Assembly: GCA_964019335.1 (NCBI GenBank)
Contig: OZ025686.1
Location: 496,001-560,000, forward strand
Direction: 5' to 3'
DNA: 64,000 bases
Source: Diplonema japonicum
Lineage: Eukaryota; Protista; Euglenozoa: Diplonemea
Both the position numbers and the translations under genes were made by a program. Positions 56,582-64,000 of the stretch are shown one piece after another. Numbering within the stretch: position 1 is the first letter of the stretch; each line of letters starts with the position of its first letter. The notes beneath the pieces were generated by a model. The model had not been told where the DNA came from. It saw only the letters and a program-made list of their open reading frames with translations, and did not search any database.

Positions 56582-58392
56582 AGGGTTGCTCTTTTGGGTT
56601 GTCATTTAGTTTTTTCCTTTTCCCCTCTTCAATTTTAGCGCCTTTTTTTCGATTACAAAAATCGAAAGGAAAAGAAAAAATATCACCCTCCCCTTTCTTT
56701 TTGCCTCAGTGCTATTGCAAGAGGCACTTGATAGAAGAGGAAGAGGGGCTGGCAGGCTGAGAAGACGGCCTCCCTTTCCAGTCTTCGGCAGCTGAAGGGG
56801 GGTCCACGGTTTGCTACTCACGGAGAGGCTTTCCTTATCGGCCCTGCCCGATCCCATGTGCCACAGGCCAATTGTCTTTATAGTCACTTCCGCTATTTTC
56901 CTTTGCCTCCCCCCCCCCCCCCCCCTACGTGATGTCCGAAGAAGCAATAAAACGATTATGTCCTGTTGTGGCTAGTAAAAAAACAATGATATGGGGGGGG
57001 GGGGGTGAAAGAAGATGGAAACATTGCCACATTTTCCCACGTCCCATTTTTTCTCTGTTCTGTGTGCTGTATATCCCTCCCCCTTTGTCCACACTCCGTT
57101 GTATTAAGAGAAGTTTTGATTTTTAAGATATAGAAAAAAAGGGTAAAATAAAGAAAACAAAAGGGGGAAGATTTTTTAAAGTGAAAAAAAGCCCCACCCG
57201 ACGCGTGCCTCTATGCTGCTTGAAGAGCCTGCTTCATAAGCAGTTAGAGGATGAAAAAAAGAGAGAATGTAAAATTTGTAGCAGTGCTTCCATAAGACGG
57301 CGTAGAAGTCCTCCCTCCGCCCCTCCTCTTCCCCCCCAGCCCCTTTTTATGTGCTTTGTTTCTTTCTTTTTTTGAAGTTTATTTTCTTGTATTTTCCTCC
57401 CGTTGCTTGTTGCACTGGGGTGCCCATTCGGGAGCTCTTGTTTTTTTTTCCCTTTTTTTTTTCCGGACGGAAGTGACAAATATTGGGCCAGAGGGCGAGA
57501 GAAGAATGGAAAAGAAAAAGAGTTTTTTTTTTCTGGTTCTCTTTTTTCGTAAAACGGCCAAAAGGGAGGAAGGGCCAATGTAGAAATCGAGGGAAATAAA
57601 AAGACAAATCTCCTTTTTTTTTGTACGCTCAGTCCCTCCCCGCAGAGAAGGGAGGGCTTTCCCCCTTTTTTTTTTAAGGAGCGAAGAGAAAAAGGAAATA
57701 ACTGTACTGTCTATCTGTCCCCCTGTTCTTCCGTATCACATTAAAAAAAAAAAAAAAAATAGCAATAGCTTTCAACCCTCTTGTTCCACCCTCATCCCCA
57801 TTGCTCGTGTTATCTTATTTTTTTCTGTTTTTTTTTACCCAATCTTTTTTCTACTTTTGATCACCCCCATGCATGCCGTACCAAGCAAGACACATTGCAC
57901 ATAACTTTGAAAGAAGACAAAAATAAGAGAAAGGACCGTCTCCCCCCCCCCTTTTTTTCTTGTGTAATTAGTCCCAGCCACCATCCTTTCTCTTCTTAAT
58001 CCCATAATAGCGTGCATGGGTTACAAGAATGTTTCCCCCGCTTGGTAGGAGGGCAAAAAAAATGGCATGCAAATGTAAAGAAGTGTCATAATAAATATTA
58101 AAATAAATTATGAATGATTGCACAAATCCTCCCCCCCCCCTTTTTTTGCCACTGGTAGAGGCGAGACAAGCGCTATCTAGGAGGCAGAGAACCCACCCAA
58201 CCAGAAACCTCATTTCCCCCACCCTCCTTTTCACAAAAAAAAGATACTTGTTCGAACTTTGTTTTGTTTTATTTGCCTTTCTTTTTTTTTCTTCTTTTTC
58301 TTCTTTTCCTTCTTTTGTAATTCGATTCCAAAAAACAAAATGCAACGAAGATTAAAAAAAAACAAAAAGTACTTTGAAACACAGGCTACAAG

Positions 58393-61155
58393 ATGCCTTC
58401 TAGTGATCAGCAAGAGCTGCTTAGAAGCCTTAAACAAGCGGTCCGAAGTGTGCAGCAGGTAGCTCTAGACAATGAAGGTGCGGTGAAGGATTGCGAACAA
58501 GTTGAAACGCTCATTAAGCGTTTGGAGGATGCTCTATTGGACCGAGCGCATAGTAGCGTAGAAGTGTGGGACATGATTGGCGGTCCCATCTGCGAGAACG
58601 AAGAGTTTGCATGGGTGAGAAACAACGTGAATATGCTGAAGAGCAAGAGTGCTGGTGCCGACCGCAAGGTGCTTGGCCGCAGGTGGCTGCGCGACTCCCT
58701 CAACACAGCCACCCTGTCCGCCTTCTTGGCACTGATTGCTGAGCTCCCCGATACCGTCCTGGCTGCCTACTACAAGAAGGACGCCCTCCTAGCCGACATG
58801 GACACCTCGTCTCTCCTCCTCAACATCATCATCCCCATCGGCGGTGCCGACATCGATGCCCGCAGGGGTGTGGACGGTGCGTCCCTCATCCACCAGGCTG
58901 CCTTCATCAGATTCTCGCTGCAAATCATCTGCAGCAACGACGATGATATTGAGCGCAAGAGGTCCGAGTCCCTCCTCGTGGAGGGCATCATTAAGCAGGA
59001 AAAGCGACGTGTTAGGAAGGTTGTCAAATCCAAGAAAAGCGGCCTGCCGCAGATACAGGAAAAGGACAGAACGGAAAGCCCTGGACACCTGCCAGCGCGG
59101 GTGTCTCGAGAGCAGGACGGGGAAGAGATAGAAGTGAAGACACCCCTGTTGCCAGAAGCCACGAGGCAACGAGAAGCCGCAGAAGTGAGTGAGGAAGAGG
59201 GAGAAATCGAGTCGAAAGTTGAAGTCGAGGTTGAAACTGTAGAAATTAAAACTGTGGAGGACGTAGACGCGTTGTCAGAGAGAGAGGAGAACGAAAAGAA
59301 AAAGGAGGGTGCAGAAAAGACGGCAGGTGAGCGAAGAGAGAGGGCTTCTTCGGTGTCTTCGCTGTCGTCTGCGTCGATCACGTCCGTCGACAAGGACAAC
59401 GTTCGGAAGGAGCTGGAGGCGTGGCGACGCCAGCGAAACGAAAAAGCAGATGTGCCGTCGTTGTCATCGTCATCGTCATCGTCATCTTCGGAGACGAAAG
59501 AGCACTTCGATGTGCAGGACATGGACGAGGTCATTGCGAGCCTTGTGAAGTCCACAGAGACTGAGGACAGCGAGGATCCAAAAGACATCTCCGACCTGCG
59601 ACACGTTGCGAACGTGGAAGCGGTGGTTGCTGCGAGGAACAAAATCGTCGCCAGCAGGTGCCACAGTGCTTCAGCATACGAGCGCTATCTGGAGTCGTAT
59701 CACGCACGCCTTGTTGAGTGGGAGAAAGAGCTGCAGCAAAGTGCGGAAGGGATGCAGACAGACCGTTGCAGCACCCCGCCCCCTATGTCAGCGCAAGATA
59801 ACAAGTTCACCCTGCGACACAAGCAGTCTGCGATGATGGTCACCATCAAGTCCAACGCCCTTATCCTCAGCAATACAAGGCTCCCTTCTGTGTTCCGGAT
59901 CGAGAAAGGTGCGCTGCTCCACGCCGGGACCAATAGGATCGTGGTTCCTGGCTTCTTCCAAGGCAGGGACCCTTGCCTGCAGGTGAAAAGCAAAGCCGTC
60001 GACCCTTGCGAGTGGGTCTACGACCCGGTCACGATGCACTTGAAGGAAACACGCTACTCCAACACCGCGGTGGTGATGCCCTACGACCAGACATGCAGTG
60101 ATGGCGTGCAGCTGGTGTTGTCCGAGACAGACGAGGATGGCAGTGCTCTGGGGATGTTGTTAATCGAGCGCGTGGACCCCGAGAAGGGTCGCACGCCTAC
60201 CGCAGTCACTGCGGAGGACTCCGTTGACGCGAGGATCCTGCTGGACACGAGGAAAGTCGAGACGCCCCCTCCTACCCCGAACAGAAGCTTCTCGTGGGCC
60301 ATACCTTCAGAAGATAGCGAGTCCTTTGAAAGACACAGAATGCGGCTTATCACAGAAGTGAAGGAGAAGCACATTGATTACGCAGAGAAGGAGCGCCGCA
60401 TCGACACGCAGGGCAGGCGCTGCAAAGGCTGCTTGTCGGATTTGAAGAAAACGTACTCAGCGCTGTACTTCTCATGGCGGTACGACACGGTGCACTTCTG
60501 CTGGTACCTCGGGGCGTATTACTGCTCGGGATGCCACGACAATAGTTTTTTCATGCCCATCCCTGCGCGACTGATCTATCAATGGGACTCGAAACCCAAA
60601 CCTGTGTGCAGCGATGCTTACAACTATCTAAACAGTATTTGGGCACGGCCTATTGTGTGCATCAGTGCGCTGAATCCTCTGCTGTTTGAAAAAGTGACCG
60701 CGTTGAAGATGATTCGCGCTGTGCGTGTGCAGCTGAACATCCTGTACACTATTGTGCAGGATTGCTCGCTGTTTGCTGACTTCGTGAACTCGCATCCTTC
60801 CTTTATATCCAATGAAACGCTCTACTACCTAGAGGGGTCCGAACTCTTTTCGGCTGAAGACATTCTCAGGGTGACCCAGACGCAACCGTACCTTGAGTAC
60901 CCCACTCGGCTCTCTCCTCCGCTGCTGACCACCCTGGAAGGTCTGCGGAACAAAATGATTACTCATGTGGTGAACGACTGCCCTGACAAGTGCGGGACAC
61001 AAGCTGCAAAAACCTGCGAATCCTGTGCCGAAGGTGGAGATGGAGTGCTTCCCATCTACGAATTCGAAACCGGCAAAGTGCAGACTTGCCCAAAATGTAG
61101 CCGTGTGTACCACAAAGCATGCTACCAAATGCAACCTTGCAAGTATTGTTTCTAG
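58393..61155 (+). CDS. RUN domain plus Rubicon-homology (DUF4206) protein, PLEKHM1/DEF8/Rubicon family
   Basis: GRRWLRDSLN (RUN); CWYLGAYYCSGCH...IPARLIYQWD..KPVC and terminal CxxC...HxxC...CxxC. Confidence 0.82.
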   Translation: MPSSDQQELLRSLKQAVRSVQQVALDNEGAVKDCEQVETLIKRLEDALLDRAHSSVEVWDMIGGPICENEEFAWVRNNVNMLKSKSAGADRKVLGRRWLRDSLNTATLSAFLALIAELPDTVLAAYYKKDALLADMDTSSLLLNIIIPIGGADIDARRGVDGASLIHQAAFIRFSLQIICSNDDDIERKRSESLLVEGIIKQEKRRVRKVVKSKKSGLPQIQEKDRTESPGHLPARVSREQDGEEIEVKTPLLPEATRQREAAEVSEEEGEIESKVEVEVETVEIKTVEDVDALSEREENEKKKEGAEKTAGERRERASSVSSLSSASITSVDKDNVRKELEAWRRQRNEKADVPSLSSSSSSSSSETKEHFDVQDMDEVIASLVKSTETEDSEDPKDISDLRHVANVEAVVAARNKIVASRCHSASAYERYLESYHARLVEWEKELQQSAEGMQTDRCSTPPPMSAQDNKFTLRHKQSAMMVTIKSNALILSNTRLPSVFRIEKGALLHAGTNRIVVPGFFQGRDPCLQVKSKAVDPCEWVYDPVTMHLKETRYSNTAVVMPYDQTCSDGVQLVLSETDEDGSALGMLLIERVDPEKGRTPTAVTAEDSVDARILLDTRKVETPPPTPNRSFSWAIPSEDSESFERHRMRLITEVKEKHIDYAEKERRIDTQGRRCKGCLSDLKKTYSALYFSWRYDTVHFCWYLGAYYCSGCHDNSFFMPIPARLIYQWDSKPKPVCSDAYNYLNSIWARPIVCISALNPLLFEKVTALKMIRAVRVQLNILYTIVQDCSLFADFVNSHPSFISNETLYYLEGSELFSAEDILRVTQTQPYLEYPTRLSPPLLTTLEGLRNKMITHVVNDCPDKCGTQAAKTCESCAEGGDGVLPIYEFETGKVQTCPKCSRVYHKACYQMQPCKYCF

Positions 61156-61910
61156 CAATCTGTTTTTATTATTCTTTTAGAGAAAACCTCTGAATAGATG
61201 CTGTCCCCCCCAAACTTTATTTACTGCAAGCGGGGTTTGAAAGCCCACAGGCCTATGATTTTTCTTGTAATCCTCAATTTAATGTACTTTTAAGCCAAAC
61301 CCAAAGTTAACACAGTGTGCCTCAGGGAAGGTTTTCAAAACAACGTAGTTTGACAGACAGGAAACAACTTTGAGACACAATTTGCTACGAGAGCCTGTGG
61401 ATGGGACAAGCTGTGGATATGAAGGAAAAAAAAAAAAAAAAAATCACCTCTTCAGTTGTTTTCTTTTATTTATATTATTTCTCCTACCAGTGTTCCCCTC
61501 CCCTTCTCCCTTCGGGACCATTTTATGGCGTGTTGACAAAAGACAAAAACAGATAATTTAAGGGTCCTGGTGTCCTGAAGATCGCGTGTTCCCCCCCCCC
61601 TTTTTTTTTACTCGTTTAGCTATCTCATGTCTCATATATTTGATTCTCTTCGTTTTTTTTTCTCTTTCATATTTGCTGTATTGCTGAAGTCTTTTTCTCT
61701 CTCGATGAAGAAAGGGTCTGAGAGGGTGGGATGTTTTACACAATTCAAATAAATACCCCCCCCTTTTTTTAAAGAAAAATCAGTTTTTCCTTAGACAGCC
61801 TTTGACAAAAAAAAGGAACAGTAATAGAAGGGTTTACAATTTGTTTTTTTTAATAGGTATTTTGCTCTTTCTTTCTGTTGTTCCCACTCTCCATTACACT
61901 TCCAGTAGAC

Positions 61911-62468
61911 ATGTCCCAGCACCCACCTGTATCCTGGGCTGAGAGGCCCGACTGTGTGCTGATCACAGTGTGTCTGCAGGACACGACAAATGTTAAGGTG
62001 CGTACGTTAGAGAAGTCATTGGAGGTGAGCTGCACCTCGGACGAGAAGGACTACAAAGCTGTGCTGGAGCTAAAGGGGGAGGTGGTGCCAGAAGAGAGCA
62101 GCTACAACGCAAGGCCTCGACAGATCGAGATGAAACTAATTAAGAAAGAGCAAGGCCCCTACTGGGAAGGGTTGGTGTCCAAGAAAAACCCGCATGTGAA
62201 GGTAGACTGGTCCAGGTGGAAAGACGAAGACGAGGTCCAGGGCGACGACACAGGCGACTTTGGCCTTGGGGCAGGCATGCCCGGCATGGAAGGACTTGGC
62301 GACCTTGGTGGTTTGAACCTTGGCGGTGGCGGTGATCCCGAAAAAATACAGCAAATGCTGGACTCCATGGGTTCCCAGGAGGAGGAGTCTCCTGCACCCA
62401 TTACCGACGATGGTGATGATGATGATGATGACGACGACATGCCGGCCTTGGAGAAGGTGGCTAAGTAG
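61911..62468 (+). CDS. Hsp90 co-chaperone p23 (SBA1/PTGES3-like)
   Basis: HPPVSWAER, CS domain, VKVDWSRWKDEDE, GM-rich and acidic tail. Confidence 0.9.
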   Translation: MSQHPPVSWAERPDCVLITVCLQDTTNVKVRTLEKSLEVSCTSDEKDYKAVLELKGEVVPEESSYNARPRQIEMKLIKKEQGPYWEGLVSKKNPHVKVDWSRWKDEDEVQGDDTGDFGLGAGMPGMEGLGDLGGLNLGGGGDPEKIQQMLDSMGSQEEESPAPITDDGDDDDDDDDMPALEKVAK

Positions 62469-62985
62469 GCCAACCAATGACCTTTAAACAATGTATTCCT
62501 TTTTTATTCCCTGAAAATATTTTTACTCAGAAGACACTGTTGACGGTAGTTTTTCTTCACCCGTTTTGCGCACAAACAAAAAAAAAAGATAAGAACTCGC
62601 TTTTTTTCTTTATTGGCTAAAAAAAAAAGAAAATAAAAAAAAAAAAAAAACGGGAAAAAAAAAAGAGGAAAAAGAAACAACACATTTTTGCAAAGGGAAA
62701 AAAGTATGATGATGGATGCTATCCGTTTTTGAGATTAGAGGAGGAAACTATTGCAGTTTTTTAGATTTCCTTTTTTCTTCCCTCCTTCTCTCCGGATTGC
62801 AAGGAAGAAGAACCCGTCCTCATTAGCATGACGTTTTGTTTTTTGGGAATAAGAAATCAAAAGTACGGTCAAGAATTGGTCCCCCTTTTTTTCTTCTTGG
62901 TTTTTCTATCTTTAATGCTTGGTTAAGTAGTGTTTTCTTTCATGTAATGTATGATATCTATCTACCTCCTACAGCGCAGGATAAC

Positions 62986-64000
62986 ATGCCTAACCCGTTC
63001 GACGAAAAGCTTCTCACCGATGTGAAGGTGCAGGACAAGACATGCAAGTTCTACGACCTCTCGAAGCTGAATGACGAGAGAGTGAAGAAGCTCCCCTACA
63101 CCATCAGGGTTGTCCTAGAGACCTGCATCAGGAACTGCGATGGGTTCAAGGTGACAGAGGCTGACGTTAACAAGGTGCTTGACTGGAAAAACCAGCAGAA
63201 GAAGGCGGAGATCCCTTTCTGCCCCGCACGTGTGTTGATGCAGGACTTCACTGGTGTCCCTGCTGTCGTCGACCTTGCAGCCATGCGTGACAGCATGAAG
63301 GCCTCCGGTGGAGATCCCCTAAAGGTGAACCCCCTTGTCCCTGTTGACCTTGTGATTGACCACTCCGTGCAGGTGGACTACACTAGAACCGCCGACGCAC
63401 TTGAGAAGAACGAGGCAAAGGAATTCGAGAGGAACCACGAGAGGTTTACCTTCTTGAAGTGGGGGTCGAAGGCCTTCAATGGGCTTACCGTGGTCCCCCC
63501 TGGTAACGGCATTGTGCACCAAGTGAACCTTGAGTACCTCGCGCGTGTTGTTTTCAACGAGAGCAGTCTGCTGTACTCTGACTCAGTGGTCGGCACTGAC
63601 TCGCACACCACTATGATCAACGGCTTGGGTGTGCTCGGCTGGGGTGTTGGTGGTATCGAGGCCGAGGCAGGCATGCTCGGACAGCCCTCTTCAATGGTGC
63701 TCCCCACCGTTGTGGGATACAAACTCACCGGGAAGCTTGCCGAGGGGATGACCGCAACAGATTTGGTCCTCACCATCGTCGCCAACCTCAGGAAGCACGG
63801 TGTTGTTGGTAAGTTCGTCGAGTTTTATGGTGAGGGGCTCAGCTCCCTTTCTATTGCCGACCGTGCCACAATCGCCAACATGGCCCCGGAGTACGGTGCC
63901 ACATGCGGCTTCTTCCCTGTTGACGAGCAAACGCTTGCGTACCTCGAGGTGACAGGCAGGTCCAACGAGCACATCTCCCGCGTTAGGGAGTACTGCACGG
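62986..64000 (+). CDS. ACO1: Aconitate hydratase (AcnA/IRP1-type), truncated by the window end
   Basis: [69 protein letters not shown]. Missing from the ORF track because no stop falls inside the window. Confidence 0.93.
   Translation, partial: MPNPFDEKLLTDVKVQDKTCKFYDLSKLNDERVKKLPYTIRVVLETCIRNCDGFKVTEADVNKVLDWKNQQKKAEIPFCPARVLMQDFTGVPAVVDLAAMRDSMKASGGDPLKVNPLVPVDLVIDHSVQVDYTRTADALEKNEAKEFERNHERFTFLKWGSKAFNGLTVVPPGNGIVHQVNLEYLARVVFNESSLLYSDSVVGTDSHTTMINGLGVLGWGVGGIEAEAGMLGQPSSMVLPTVVGYKLTGKLAEGMTATDLVLTIVANLRKHGVVGKFVEFYGEGLSSLSIADRATIANMAPEYGATCGFFPVDEQTLAYLEVTGRSNEHISRVREYCT

Noticed and set aside
56740-56800. TPP riboswitch-like GGGG...CTGAGA
   Set aside because: Lacks the ACCTGAT and GCGNAGG core downstream.
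1-64000. Spliced-leader RNA gene or non-canonical introns
   Set aside because: No euglenozoan SL-like sequence noticed by eye, and all inferred introns are GT-AG.

Overview
Eukaryotic nuclear DNA, most likely a euglenozoan with spliceosomal introns (diplonemid-like). This is an inference: eIF4A, RPS3A and the CCCH protein carry kinetoplastid-type motifs, yet the genes have GT-AG introns. The window has two compartments. (1) About 1.7-10.9 kb is a transposon graveyard between two minus-strand genes (NTF2-like, aprataxin-like) and the plus-strand cluster. It holds a Sola-like DNA transposon, hAT-like ends, about 12 copies of a ~300-bp repeat, a tRNA fragment and an OTU fragment, with heavy CpG->TpG/CpA decay. 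(2) From 11.1 kb to the end, about 23 genes all lie on the + strand, many with 33-46 nt introns: eIF3g, a coiled-coil protein, a CCCH protein, four tandem eIF4A paralogs, ALG5, a CDF transporter, RPL39, a 2975-aa adhesin-like protein, Xaa-Pro peptidase, opine dehydrogenase, a glycosyltransferase-like protein, two RPS3A copies, RPL3, a Cys-rich membrane protein, a RUN/Rubicon-homology protein, p23 and aconitase. Strongest leads: an eIF4A array containing an intact, intronless, apparently catalytically dead paralog shaped by patchy gene conversion; TE-restricted CpG hypermutation; 3'-biased A/C-rich micro-introns; and an opine dehydrogenase with a PTS2-like signal. All family calls come from motif recognition by eye; no searches were run.
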